Origin: Afipia sp.
GTDB taxonomy: Bacteria; Pseudomonadota; Alphaproteobacteria; Rhizobiales; Xanthobacteraceae
Assembly: GCA_051653085.1 (NCBI GenBank)
Contig: JBOFVL010000046.1
Coordinates: forward strand, 5,749 to 69,748
Length of the DNA: 64,000 nt
Reading direction: 5' to 3'
Part shown: positions 48,578 through 58,478 of the stretch, one piece after another
How positions within the stretch are numbered: the stretch's first letter is position 1
Layout: each line of letters begins with the position of its first letter
Translations under genes and position numbers: made by a program
The notes under the pieces: generated by a model
The model's database searches: none
The model's input: only the letters and a program-made list of their open reading frames with translations
Told to the model about the DNA's origin: nothing

Positions 48578-49273
48578 TTAGTTGCGGGCCGTCGCGACGA
48601 AGGTCATGCGGGACGGGTTGTAGCCGACATTGGCTTTGGCCAGCGTTGCGTTGAAGTCGGCGGCATTGAGCTTTGCGATCATCGCCGCCTCACCGTAGCG
48701 CTGCAGTCCGATGCTCTGGCGCAATTGCCAGTAATCCGACAGCGCGGTGCGCGCTAGCCCCCACAGCGCGTCAGTCAGAAAGCCGTTTTTGGCCGCGAGT
48801 TTGAGCAGCGCCATCACGTCGGTTGCAGCGCCGACTTCGGGGCGCAGGATATCGCCGACCACCAGCTTGCCGCCGGGCTTCAGCAGACGCCGCATCAGGG
48901 CGAAGGCCCGATCGAGCTCAGCCGGCGTCATGTACTGCGCCACCGAAATCATCACCGCGAGATCGACCGAACCGTCCGGCAATTGTGGAAGCTCATCGAG
49001 CGAGCGGACGGCGATTTTCGGATTCGGGCCGAAGCGGGCGGTCAGTCGTCCGCGCACGCCGGGCGCAGGTTCGGCAAGAATGAGCTTCTGGCAGGCCGCG
49101 GCGACCTGCGCCGCGGACAGTGCTTCACCGCAGGAATAATCGAGGACCACGGCGTCCGGCGATGGCACATATGCAAGAATGTCATTCGCGATCACGCGAA
49201 AATGCACGTCGCGATGCAGCTTGCTGACATAAATCGTGTGCGTTGAATCGTAATAATCGATCCAGTCGTCCAT
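48578..49273 (-). CDS. Class I SAM-dependent methyltransferase-like protein
   Basis: Motif I variant VLDYSCGEA, 'GSVDLAVM', 'LLKPGGKLVVGD'. Start 49273 or 49294. Confidence 0.8.
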   Translation of the reverse strand: MDDWIDYYDSTHTIYVSKLHRDVHFRVIANDILAYVPSPDAVVLDYSCGEALSAAQVAAACQKLILAEPAPGVRGRLTARFGPNPKIAVRSLDELPQLPDGSVDLAVMISVAQYMTPAELDRAFALMRRLLKPGGKLVVGDILRPEVGAATDVMALLKLAAKNGFLTDALWGLARTALSDYWQLRQSIGLQRYGEAAMIAKLNAADFNATLAKANVGYNPSRMTFVATARN

Positions 49274-49357
49274 CGGCCTGTCCGGACTGGGCATGATCTC
49301 GAAAACCGAAAGGGTTTTCAGGAAAATCATGCCTCCAAAATGAGGGGTTCCCGCCGG

Positions 49358-49383
49358 GGAACTTGGCGGGCGCAGGATGCGTT
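49358..49383 (+). promoter_or_regulatory. EcfG/RpoE2 general-stress sigma promoter of dps
   Basis: GGAAC-N17-CGTT. Confidence 0.7.
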
Positions 49384-49444
49384 AGATTGTCCGGCGATCC
49401 CTGTCCATCGCCCGATTTGTATCTCCTAGCAGGAAGGCCCCGCC

Positions 49445-49969
49445 GTGAGCAAAACCAAGTCCAATGTTTCCCCCGATCTCGACACCCCCACCGATCTGCC
49501 CCAGGAAGGGGTCGACAAGATCACCGCGGCCCTCAACCCCTTGGTGGCCGACGCCTTCGCGCTTTACATCAAGACCAAGAATTTCCACTGGCACGTCAGT
49601 GGCCGTCATTTCCGCGACTATCACCTGATGCTCGATGAGCAAGGGGAGCAGATTTTCGGTTCGATCGACGACCTGGCGGAGCGGGTCCGCAAGATCGGCG
49701 GCACGACGCTGCGCTCCGTCGGGCATCTCGCCAAGCTGACCAGCATCAAGGACAACGACGAGAAGTTTGTTCCGCCGCGCGAGATGCTGCGCGAACTGAT
49801 GGAAGACAACAAGAAGACCATCGTTGCCATGCGCAAGGCGCACGAAGTCGCCGACAAGTACGACGACTCGGCGACCACCAGCATTCTCGAGAATTTCATC
49901 GACGCTGCCGAACGCCGGACCTGGTTTCTGTTCGAGGCCAGCCGCCAGGAAGGTGGCAACGAGGCCTAA
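49445..49969 (+). CDS. dps: Dps-family DNA protection/ferritin-like protein
   Basis: LYIKTKNFHWHVSG, HLMLDEQ, DDLAERVR; GTG start. Confidence 0.93.
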   Translation: MSKTKSNVSPDLDTPTDLPQEGVDKITAALNPLVADAFALYIKTKNFHWHVSGRHFRDYHLMLDEQGEQIFGSIDDLAERVRKIGGTTLRSVGHLAKLTSIKDNDEKFVPPREMLRELMEDNKKTIVAMRKAHEVADKYDDSATTSILENFIDAAERRTWFLFEASRQEGGNEA

Positions 49970-49970
49970 A

Positions 49971-50017
49971 GGCATGATCCCGAAAAGTGGAAACCGGCTT
50001 TCGGATCAGATCATGCC
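49971..50017. repeat. Short palindromic intergenic repeat (AAAAGTGG-AACCGG family)
   Basis: ggcatgatc...gatcatgcc termini around ccgaaaagtggaaaccggctttcgg. Confidence 0.7.
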
Positions 50018-50029
50018 CAATGGGAGTCT

Positions 50030-50473
50030 CTACTCCACCATCTGAACGATGTGGCAAGTTGTTGTGCCGTGGGCCAGCAACTTGCCGGCGGAATCGAACA
50101 GACGTCCTTCCGACATTCCCGCCTGACGGCCGACATGGATGATGCGTCCTTCGCCGCGCACCGGCCCGGTTTTCGGCGACATCGGTCGCATGAAACTGAT
50201 CTTGTATTCGAGCGTAACCACGCCCTGACCGGGCTTGAGTGATGTATTGATGGCGCCGCCCATACAGGTGTCGAGCAGTATCGAGGCATAGCCTCCGTGC
50301 GTAATCCCCATCGGATTGTTGTGTTCGGGCTTCGGTGTCGCGGTCAGTACCACATAGCCGGGCTCCACATGGATGACGTCGATGCCGAATAGTTGCGCCA
50401 TCGGCGGCGGGGACACCGTGCCGTTCTTGATGCCGTTGAAAATATCCAAGCCTGAGATCGGCGGAGTTGTCAT
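50030..50473 (-). CDS. PaaI-family hotdog thioesterase
   Basis: HNNPMGITHGG...LLDTCMG, TLEYKISFMRP. Confidence 0.9.
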   Translation of the reverse strand: MTTPPISGLDIFNGIKNGTVSPPPMAQLFGIDVIHVEPGYVVLTATPKPEHNNPMGITHGGYASILLDTCMGGAINTSLKPGQGVVTLEYKISFMRPMSPKTGPVRGEGRIIHVGRQAGMSEGRLFDSAGKLLAHGTTTCHIVQMVE

Positions 50474-50496
50474 GTGATCGCGCTCGCAGTTATTAG

Positions 50497-50510
50497 ATGA
50501 TCATGATCAT
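50497..50510. promoter_or_regulatory. Perfect 14-bp palindrome upstream of the thioesterase, candidate operator
   Basis: ATGATCATGATCAT. Confidence 0.45.
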
Positions 50511-50590
50511 TCAATCTAGAATTTTCATTCCGCGTCCGCAAGTGCGGGCGGCCACGTAAGCTGACGAGGTGATGTTTTGCCGTCTATCCA

Positions 50591-50705
50591 CGTCGCCCCC
50601 GCGAAGGCGGGGACCCATAATCCCCGTCTCGATTTTGGCTCACTGGCGTTAGAATATTTTTCAACGATGGGTTAGTGAGTATGGTCCCGCCTTCGCGGGG
50701 ACCAC
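50591..50705. repeat. CGTC-tagged REP doublet (REPIN/MITE-like)
   Basis: Left arm cgtcgcccccgcgaaggcggggaccca, right arm tatggtcccgccttcgcggggaccac, AT-richer core. Confidence 0.8.
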
Positions 50706-50721
50706 ACAATAGGACGCTAAT

Positions 50722-52254
50722 TTGCACGCATTTGAATGGTTCATCGGCCTGATGCTCGGCGCTATGCTGCTGTCGGCGCTGGCGCGGCGGCTTGGCGTTC
50801 CCTATCCGACCTTTCTCGCGCTCGGCGGCGTTGCCATTGCGTTTCTTCCCAACGCGCCGAACTGGACGCTGGAGCCCGATCTCGCGTTGGCGCTGTTCGT
50901 CGCGCCGGTGCTGCTCGACGCCGCGTTCGATACCTCGTTGCGCGATCTGCGCAGAAACTGGTTTCCGGTTGTCGCCCTCGTGGTCGGGGCGGTGGCTGTA
51001 ACCACGATCGTGGTTGCCGCGGTCGCGCGCTGGCTGATTCCCGGGATGCCGTGGGCAGTGGCGATCGCGCTCGGTGCCATCGTCGCGCCGCCGGACGCGG
51101 CAGCCGCCACCGCCGTTCTGAAGACGCTCAAGCTGCCGCACCGGCTGCTCACCATCCTTGAAGGCGAAAGCCTTCTCAACGACGCGACCGCGCTGATCAT
51201 CTACCGTATCGCCGTGGGTGCGGCGATGGCTGCCACGCTGGATGTCTCAAGCATCGCGCCGACGCTCTTTGTCACGGTGTTCGGCAGCTTCGTCGTCGGC
51301 TACGTGCTGGCCCGGATGTCGTCCGTAACGATCGGCCGGATTCACGACGTGCCGAGTTCGATCATCATGCAGTTTCTGAGCACGTTCGTGGTCTGGCTTA
51401 TTGCCGAGAAACTGCAGATCTCCGGCATCCTGACCATCGTGGTCTATGCCATCACCGTGGCGCGCAGCGCGTCTGCGCGGATTTCCGCGCAGCTTCGCGT
51501 GCCGTCCTACGCAGTGTGGGAAACCGCGGTCTATCTCCTCAACGTGCTTGCCTTCATCCTGATCGGCATGCAGTTGCAGCCGATCTGGCTCGGCCTCGAC
51601 AGTTCGCTGCGAACCCAGTCAGTGATCTTCGCCGGCGTGGTGCTGGCCGTGGTCATCGTCACGCGGATTGCCTGGGTGCTCGGCTACAGCACTTTGCTGC
51701 AGCTCTTTTTCGGATACTTCAGGAAGTCCGACGACGATATCGGCACGGTCTTCAAAAGCCGCTTTCTGGTCTCGTGGTGCGGCATGCGCGGCATCGTCAC
51801 GCTGGCGACGGCCTTCGCGTTGCCGCAGGGATTTCCCTATCGCGAACTGATCCTGCTGACGGCGTTCGCGGTGGTGCTGGGCACGCTGGTGATTCAGGGC
51901 GTCACGCTGCGGCCCTTGATCAGCCTGCTGGCACTGGATGACGACGATCCGGTGGGGCAGGAGGTGAGTTGGGCGCGGCGCGCTGCGTTTCACGCCGCCC
52001 TGGAAGCGATCGACGGCAACACCACGCCGGAGGCGGAGTTCGTTCGGCTCGAATACCGCAAGATGCTGGAGGACGCGGAAAGCAATCCCGACGGTCTGAC
52101 CTCAAGCGAATTGCCGGGCGATCCGGTCCGGCGCGAGGGTATCGTCGCGGCACGGCGCAAGCTGTTCGACATGCGCAACAACGGCGACATCGGTGACGCC
52201 GCATTCCACCGCCTCGAGGACGAGTTCGACCGTGCCGAACTCAGCGCGATGTGA
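50722..52254 (+). CDS. Na+/H+ antiporter (CPA1, YjcE/NhaP-like)
   Basis: GAIVAPPDAAA, ILEGESLLNDA, GMRGIVTLA; TTG start. Confidence 0.9.
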   Translation: MHAFEWFIGLMLGAMLLSALARRLGVPYPTFLALGGVAIAFLPNAPNWTLEPDLALALFVAPVLLDAAFDTSLRDLRRNWFPVVALVVGAVAVTTIVVAAVARWLIPGMPWAVAIALGAIVAPPDAAAATAVLKTLKLPHRLLTILEGESLLNDATALIIYRIAVGAAMAATLDVSSIAPTLFVTVFGSFVVGYVLARMSSVTIGRIHDVPSSIIMQFLSTFVVWLIAEKLQISGILTIVVYAITVARSASARISAQLRVPSYAVWETAVYLLNVLAFILIGMQLQPIWLGLDSSLRTQSVIFAGVVLAVVIVTRIAWVLGYSTLLQLFFGYFRKSDDDIGTVFKSRFLVSWCGMRGIVTLATAFALPQGFPYRELILLTAFAVVLGTLVIQGVTLRPLISLLALDDDDPVGQEVSWARRAAFHAALEAIDGNTTPEAEFVRLEYRKMLEDAESNPDGLTSSELPGDPVRREGIVAARRKLFDMRNNGDIGDAAFHRLEDEFDRAELSAM

Positions 52255-52265
52255 AGTCGTGAGGT

Positions 52266-53036
52266 TTATGCCGTCTCTTGGGGCCCCGGCTTGCAGGCTC
52301 TTTGCGAGAACAACAAGATGCAGACGACCATGAATGTTGCGAGCAGTGCGGATGCGTAGAAGCGGCTAAAAGCCAAGCCGCCATCGGCGATGGGCTTGTC
52401 GAGAAAATCTCCAACCGTGGCGCCAAGGGGGCGGGTGAGAATGAACGCGCTCCAAAACAACAGCGTGCGGGACACGTTCGTGAGGAAATAGGCCGCTACA
52501 ACCGCCAACAGACCTGCGGTGAAGACAATCGCTCCGCCTTCGTAGCCGAGTCCATTTGTGTCAGCCATCCAATCACCGAGGGCCGTGCCCAGTGTTTGGG
52601 AAAACAGAATTGCAGCCCAATAAAATATCTCGATCTTGGGCGAAGTGATCTTGTCGGCCGAAACAGACCCAGCCGACCGATACCAGACGCCGAGCGCGGT
52701 CATGAGCAGCAAGAACAGGATCGACGTTCCTCCGGCATAACCGATGCCGAGCGAACGGTCCGCGAAATCCGCCATGGTCGTTCCAGCCGTCGTGGTGGCA
52801 ACGATCACCGCCCAGTACAGGAACGGATGATACGATTTCGCGGACATCTGCGCGGCGATGGCGGCGACAAAGATGCCGATGAAGATCACGCTGCTGACCG
52901 CGTAGCCTAAATTGAGAGACATGGACACGGCGTCGCCGGCCGTCTCACCCAATGTCGTTGCGGCGATCTTGATCACCCAAAAGGCTAGGGTAATCTCGGG
53001 AACCTTGCTCAGGCCATTTTCAACGGACTTGTTCAT
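52266..53036 (-). CDS. COG4705/DUF347 repeat membrane protein
   Basis: SKVPEITLAFWVIKIAATTLGETAGD, repeated GTTMAD/GTALGD/GATVGD motifs. Confidence 0.85.
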   Translation of the reverse strand: MNKSVENGLSKVPEITLAFWVIKIAATTLGETAGDAVSMSLNLGYAVSSVIFIGIFVAAIAAQMSAKSYHPFLYWAVIVATTTAGTTMADFADRSLGIGYAGGTSILFLLLMTALGVWYRSAGSVSADKITSPKIEIFYWAAILFSQTLGTALGDWMADTNGLGYEGGAIVFTAGLLAVVAAYFLTNVSRTLLFWSAFILTRPLGATVGDFLDKPIADGGLAFSRFYASALLATFMVVCILLFSQRACKPGPQETA

Positions 53037-53219
53037 AGAACCAACGCATGCACTTCGCCCCGATCCGGCAAGCGCACATTTCAGTGGTTCAGGCGTGCGC
53101 GCACCCCATGAAAATCCCGGCTATTGTTAAAAAGCCGGGCTTCTTCATCGGAAAGAACTGATGGTTTGAACGTGTCGATTGTGAGATCGAATTCTCACGA
53201 AGAGTTGCGCTAACCTAGA

Positions 53220-54410
53220 TCAAGCCCGCTTCTTCTCGCGCATCAGGTCCGCGAACCGCTTGAACAGATAATGCGAGTCGCGCGGGCCGGGCGACGCCTC
53301 GGGGTGATACTGCACCGAGAACACCGGCTTGTCTTCCAGAGCGATGCCGCAGTTCGAGTCGTCGAACAGCGAGATGTGCGTCTGCGTGACGTTCTTCGGC
53401 AGCGTGGTCTTGTCCACCGCGAAGCCGTGGTTCATCGAGGTGATCTCGACCTTGCCGGTGGTGAGATCCTTCACCGGATGGTTGGCGCCGTGGTGGCCCT
53501 GGTGCATCTTCATGGTCTTGCCGCCGACGGCGAGGCCGAGCATCTGGTGGCCGAGGCAAATCCCGAACGTTGGCGTGCCGGAGTCGATCACCTTCTTGAT
53601 GACAGGCACGGCGTATTCGCCGGTCGCTGCCGGATCGCCGGGGCCGTTCGACAAAAACACGCCGTCCGGCTTCATCGCCAGAATGTCTTCGGCGGACGTC
53701 TTCGCGGTCACGACCGTGACCTTGCAGCCTTCGCCGGCGAGCAGCCGCAGGATGTTACGCTTGATGCCGTAATCGATGGCGACGACGTTGAACTCCGGCT
53801 TGTCCTGCTTGCCGAAACCCTTTTCCCATTCCCACGGCGTCTCGTCCCAGGTGAAGCGCTGCGCGCTGGTCACCATCGGCACGAGATCCATGCCCTCAAG
53901 TCCGGGCCATTCGCGCGCTTCTTCCTTGAGGCCGTGCAGATCGAACTGGCCGTCTTTCGCGTGCGCGATCACGGCATTTGGCATGCCCTTGCTGCGGATC
54001 AGCGCGGTGAGTGCGCGGGTGTCGATGCCCGACAGGCCGATAATGCCGCGCGCCTTCAGCCACACATCGAGATGCTTGGCGGCGCGATAGTTCGACGGAT
54101 CGGTGATCGCCGCGCGCAGGATCACGCCGCGCGCGCCCGGCGTCGCCGCCATGTTCACCGTCTCGATGTCTTCGTCGTTGGTGCCGACATTTCCGATATG
54201 GGGAAATGTGAAGGTGATGAGCTGCCCGGCATAGGACGGATCGGTGAGGATTTCCTCATAACCGGTCATCGCCGTGTTGAAGCAGACTTCGCCAACGGCC
54301 TGGCCCTCCGCGCCGAGGCCAAAGCCTTCCAGCACGGTGCCATCGGCAAGCACGAGGAGCGCGGTCGGTTTCAGGTCCGGCCAAGCTTGGGAATTATCGG
54401 ATGTGGTCAT
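53220..54410 (-). CDS. carA: Carbamoyl-phosphate synthase small subunit
   Basis: [32 protein letters not shown]. Confidence 0.97.
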   Translation of the reverse strand: MTTSDNSQAWPDLKPTALLVLADGTVLEGFGLGAEGQAVGEVCFNTAMTGYEEILTDPSYAGQLITFTFPHIGNVGTNDEDIETVNMAATPGARGVILRAAITDPSNYRAAKHLDVWLKARGIIGLSGIDTRALTALIRSKGMPNAVIAHAKDGQFDLHGLKEEAREWPGLEGMDLVPMVTSAQRFTWDETPWEWEKGFGKQDKPEFNVVAIDYGIKRNILRLLAGEGCKVTVVTAKTSAEDILAMKPDGVFLSNGPGDPAATGEYAVPVIKKVIDSGTPTFGICLGHQMLGLAVGGKTMKMHQGHHGANHPVKDLTTGKVEITSMNHGFAVDKTTLPKNVTQTHISLFDDSNCGIALEDKPVFSVQYHPEASPGPRDSHYLFKRFADLMREKKRA

Positions 54411-54563
54411 AAGCCCATCACATAACCCCTGTGCCGCGGCGCGTCAAAGGCATCCGGCTGCAATCCCACGGCGTTTTTGAGAAAATTTGACAGGTGTCAA
54501 GAGAACCCTAATCTGCGCCCACGCGGCCGGTCTAAGAGCCGCGACAGGGTGGGAGATGAATTC

Positions 54564-56156
54564 ATGAGCTCAACGGGCGCTGCGCCGGATTTGCGACACC
54601 TTCATTCGGGCGGAACGATTGGCAATCTGATCGTCAATGCGGTGGCGCGATTCAGCGACCAGCCCGCCATTGCCGACGGCAAGGTGAGATGGAACTATCG
54701 GGAATTCGGCGACACCGTTGGCCGGTTCATCAGCCTGTTCCGCTCGCTCGGCCTCAAGAAGGGCAGCGCGCTCTCTATATTGGCCAGCAACCGGGCGGAA
54801 TCCTGGGCTGCGATTTGCGCCGCGCTGGTGATGGGCGTGCGCTACACGCCGCTGCATCCGATGGCGGCGGAGGACGATCACGCCTTCATCATTGAGGACG
54901 CCGAGATCGATCTCCTAATTGTTGAGGGTGCGAAATTCGGCCCGCGTGGCCTCGCCATCAAGAGCCGGGTGCCGTCGCTCAAAAATCTCTACTCAATCGG
55001 GCCGATGGACGGCGTGCGCGACATATTCGCTGACTTCGCGAAGTTTGAAGTTGCGCCGCTGGTCGATGAAAGCGAGGCGCACGAGATCGCCTTCCTCGCC
55101 TACACCGGCGGCACCACAGGCCGTTCCAAGGGCGTGATGCTGTCGCATCGCGCGCTGGTGACGATGACGCTGCTGCTGTATTCGGACTGGGACTGGCCCG
55201 AGCAGATCCGCTTCCTTGCCGCGACCCCGATCAGCCACGCCGCAGGCGTCACGCTGTTTCCGGTGATGATGCGTGGCGGGCTGATGCGTCTGGTGCAGGG
55301 CTTCGAGCCGGAGGTCTATGCCGGCGTGGTTGCTGCCGAAAAGATCAATTCCACCTTCCTGGTGCCGACCCTGATCTACGCACTGATCGACAATGAGGAC
55401 CTGCGCAAGCGTCACGACCTGTCGTCGCTGGAGATGATCGTCTACGGCGCGGCACCCATGTCGCCAGATCGCCTGCTCGAAGGCATGAAGATCTTCGGCA
55501 AGGTGTTTGTGCAGCTTTATGGCCAGACCGAAGCGCCGCAGGTCATCACCTCGATGCGCAAGATCGATCACGATGAGACCAAGCCGGGGCGGCTTGGTTC
55601 CTGCGGACGTGCGAGTCCGGGTGTCGATGTGAAGCTGTTCGATTCGGACATGCGCGAGGTCGCGGTCGGCGAGCCCGGCGAGATCTGCGTGCGCGGACCG
55701 CTGGTGATGGACGGCTACTGGAAGCGCCCGGAGGCGAATGCCGAAACGCTGAAAGGCGGCTGGCTGCACACTGGCGACGTCGCGGTGAAGGACGCCGAGG
55801 GTTACTTCTATATCGTGGACCGTACCAAGGACATGATCATCTCCGGCGGCTTCAACATCTATCCGCGCGAGGTCGAAGACGCGCTGATGTCGCATCATGC
55901 GGTGGCGTCCGCCGCTGTGATCGGCGTCCCCGACGACAAATGGGGCGAGGCTGTAAAAGCTTTCGTGGTGCTGAAGCCCGGCGCCAACAACGATGCGAAG
56001 GAATTGCAGGCGCACGTCAAGGACAAGCGCGGTGCGCCGTGGTCACCGAAGACCATCGATTTTGTCGATGTGATTCCGGTGACGGGCCTTGGCAAGATTG
56101 ACCGCAAGGCGTTGCGCGCGCCCTATTGGGAAGGCCGCAAGCGCGGCGTAGCGTGA
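54564..56156 (+). CDS. Acyl-CoA synthetase / AMP-binding enzyme
   Basis: YTGGTTGRSKG, YGQTE, TGD, RTKDMIISGG, GKID; promoter TTGACA-N16-TAATCT at 54487-54514. Confidence 0.92.
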   Translation: MSSTGAAPDLRHLHSGGTIGNLIVNAVARFSDQPAIADGKVRWNYREFGDTVGRFISLFRSLGLKKGSALSILASNRAESWAAICAALVMGVRYTPLHPMAAEDDHAFIIEDAEIDLLIVEGAKFGPRGLAIKSRVPSLKNLYSIGPMDGVRDIFADFAKFEVAPLVDESEAHEIAFLAYTGGTTGRSKGVMLSHRALVTMTLLLYSDWDWPEQIRFLAATPISHAAGVTLFPVMMRGGLMRLVQGFEPEVYAGVVAAEKINSTFLVPTLIYALIDNEDLRKRHDLSSLEMIVYGAAPMSPDRLLEGMKIFGKVFVQLYGQTEAPQVITSMRKIDHDETKPGRLGSCGRASPGVDVKLFDSDMREVAVGEPGEICVRGPLVMDGYWKRPEANAETLKGGWLHTGDVAVKDAEGYFYIVDRTKDMIISGGFNIYPREVEDALMSHHAVASAAVIGVPDDKWGEAVKAFVVLKPGANNDAKELQAHVKDKRGAPWSPKTIDFVDVIPVTGLGKIDRKALRAPYWEGRKRGVA

Positions 56157-56169
56157 GTGATCTATCAGC

Positions 56170-56256
56170 CGTCATGGCCGGGCTTGTCCCGGCCATCCAC
56201 GTCTTGATTGATCGCAAAGGAAGACGTGGATGCCCGGCATAAAGCCGGGCATGACG
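56170..56256. repeat. CGTC-tagged REP doublet
   Basis: cgtcatggccgggcttgtcccggccatccacgtc...gacgtggatgcccggcataaagccgggcatgacg. Confidence 0.88.
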
Positions 56257-56288
56257 AGTTGAGTGTTCAGGGATATTCTGGAGCCCTC

Positions 56289-56990
56289 ATGCCCAACGCG
56301 CTTCCCGTCGTGTTCGTCCCGGGTCTGGCGTGTTCGCCGCGCATCTTTGCACCGCAGATTCCGGCATTGTGGCGTGTGTGTTCGGTGGCCGTCGCCAATC
56401 ACGCCCGCGGCGGTGACATGGCGGCGATCGCGCGGCGCATTCTCGCCGAAGCGCCATTACGCTTTGCTCTCGCCGGTCATTCTATGGGCGGCGCGATCGT
56501 GTTCGAGATGTTCCGGCAGGCGCCCGAGCGCATCGCCCGGCTGGCGTTGCTCAACACCTACGCGCGGCCCGAGACGCCGGACTTCGCCGAGTTCTGGCGC
56601 GGCTTGATCGCAAAAGTGAAGCAGGGCGGCTACCGCGCGATGATGGACAAGATGTTCGCGGGCGCCGTGCATCCGTCGCGGGCCGATGACGCAAACCTGA
56701 AAAGCATCGTGACCAAGATGGCCGACGATGTTGGACCCGATGCCTTCGTCTGGCAGGTCGAGGCGATCATGACGCGGGCGGATTCCCGGCCGACGCTTGC
56801 GGCCATCAAGTGCCCGACGCTGGTGATGACCAGCGACACCGACAACAGCGTTCCGAGCCAGATGTCGGTCGAGATCGCAGACGGCATTGCAGGTGCGAAG
56901 CTCGTGACGGTGCCGGAGTGCGGTCATCTGTCGCTGCTCGAAAAACCTCAGGCTGTGACCGATGCGCTGCTCGAGTGGCTGGAGATGTAG
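56289..56990 (+). CDS. Alpha/beta hydrolase, tandem copy 1
   Basis: VPGLAC, GHSMGG nucleophile, SDTD, CGHLS; 233 aa. Confidence 0.88.
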   Translation: MPNALPVVFVPGLACSPRIFAPQIPALWRVCSVAVANHARGGDMAAIARRILAEAPLRFALAGHSMGGAIVFEMFRQAPERIARLALLNTYARPETPDFAEFWRGLIAKVKQGGYRAMMDKMFAGAVHPSRADDANLKSIVTKMADDVGPDAFVWQVEAIMTRADSRPTLAAIKCPTLVMTSDTDNSVPSQMSVEIADGIAGAKLVTVPECGHLSLLEKPQAVTDALLEWLEM

Positions 56991-57055
56991 CCTGAGTTGT
57001 GCCAGCTTGTGAGACGCCGTCAATCAGCGGCCATCCAATCTTGAAAGAGGCGGCA

Positions 57056-57757
57056 GTGCCCACTTCACTTCCCGTCGTGCTCGTTCCCGGCCTTGCGTGT
57101 TCACCGCGTATCTATGATCCGCAGATTCCCGCGCTGTGGCGGCAGGGTCCGGTGTTTCTCGCCAACCATGCCCGCGGCGGCGACATGGCTGCGATCGCGC
57201 GCCGCATTCTCGCCGAAGCGCCGTTGCGCTTTGCGCTGGCCGGTCATTCGATGGGCGGTTACATCGTTTTGGAAATGTTCCGGCAGGCGCCCGAACGCAT
57301 CGCGCGGCTGGCGCTGCTCAATACCTCGGCGCGGCCGGAGACGCCCGAAGCCGCCGAGCGTCGCCGCGGCTGGATCGCCGAGGTCAAGGCTGGCGGCTAC
57401 CGCGCCGTGATGGACCGGCTGTTCGCGAACTTCGTGCATCCTGCGCTGGCGCGCGATGAGCGCCTGCACAGGATTGTGCTCGACATGGCCGATGATGTCG
57501 GACCTGATGCCTTTGTCTGGCAGCTTGAGGCGATCATGACGCGGGCGGATTCCCGCCCGACGTTGGCGCAGATCAAATGCCCGACGCTGGTCCTGACCAG
57601 CGACACTGACAACATGGTGCCGAATGAACTTTCAACCGAAATCGCCGACAGCATTGCAGGCGCGAAGCTGGTGAAGATTGCGGATTGCGGCCATCTTTCG
57701 CAGCTAGAGAAGCCGCAGGCTGTGACGGAGGCGCTGCTCGATTGGCTGGAGATGTAG
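57056..57757 (+). CDS. Alpha/beta hydrolase, tandem copy 2
   Basis: Same motifs, 233 aa; GTG start after GAGG RBS. Confidence 0.88.
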   Translation: MPTSLPVVLVPGLACSPRIYDPQIPALWRQGPVFLANHARGGDMAAIARRILAEAPLRFALAGHSMGGYIVLEMFRQAPERIARLALLNTSARPETPEAAERRRGWIAEVKAGGYRAVMDRLFANFVHPALARDERLHRIVLDMADDVGPDAFVWQLEAIMTRADSRPTLAQIKCPTLVLTSDTDNMVPNELSTEIADSIAGAKLVKIADCGHLSQLEKPQAVTEALLDWLEM

Positions 57758-57844
57758 CTGTCTTGGTTGTGCCGACGCACAAAACGCCCTAAATCAACGG
57801 CAACTATTTGATGGCGCGAGTGCCGCGCCGTGAAGGAGAATCCC

Positions 57845-58300
57845 ATGCTGCGCGATGACATCAACAACGCCGTCAAGGACGCGATGAGGGCGAAGGATGA
57901 GCGCAAGCTCTCGACGCTGCGCATGGTCAATTCGACGCTGAAAAATTCGGACATCGAGGCGCGCGGGCAGGGCAAGCCGCCGCTGTCGGACGAGGATATT
58001 CTCGGCGTGCTGCAAAAGATGATCAAGCAGCGCCAGGAATCGGTCGCGCTTTACGACAAGGGCGGCCGGCCCGAACTCGCAGCGCAGGAGCGCGAGGAGA
58101 TCGCGGTGATCTCGGCCTATCTGCCGAAGCAGATGTCGGACGACGAGATCAAGGCCGCCATCGCCGCCACCGTCAAGGACACCGGCGCCGCCGGCATGAA
58201 GGACATGGGCAAGGTGATCGCCGCGCTGAAAGCGAAGTACGCCGGGCAGATGGATTTCGGCAAGGCCAGCGGACTGGTGAAGGCCGCGCTGGCGGGGTGA
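57845..58300 (+). CDS. GatB/YqeY-domain protein
   Basis: AMRAKDERKLSTLR, KQRQES...Y..GGR.EL..QE, MKDMGKV; AAGGAG RBS. Confidence 0.92.
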   Translation: MLRDDINNAVKDAMRAKDERKLSTLRMVNSTLKNSDIEARGQGKPPLSDEDILGVLQKMIKQRQESVALYDKGGRPELAAQEREEIAVISAYLPKQMSDDEIKAAIAATVKDTGAAGMKDMGKVIAALKAKYAGQMDFGKASGLVKAALAG

Positions 58301-58306
58301 GTTTTT

Positions 58307-58447
58307 CCCTCTTCCCTTGTGGGAGAGGGTGCCCGAGTGAAACGAGGGCGGGTGAGGGGTCTGAATTTCTCGATATTGCGCTGACCCCTCACCCGGCTCA
58401 ATCTCGCTTCGCTTGATTTCGCCACCCTCTCCCACAAGGGGAGAGGG
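58307..58447. repeat. RIME-like intergenic mosaic palindrome
   Basis: 23-bp terminal inverted repeats ccctcttcccttgtgggagaggg / ccctctcccacaaggggagaggg, plus inner gggtgaggggtc / gacccctcaccc. Confidence 0.85.
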
Positions 58448-58478
58448 TTGGTATCGCGCCTGTTGCGGGATATTCGCC

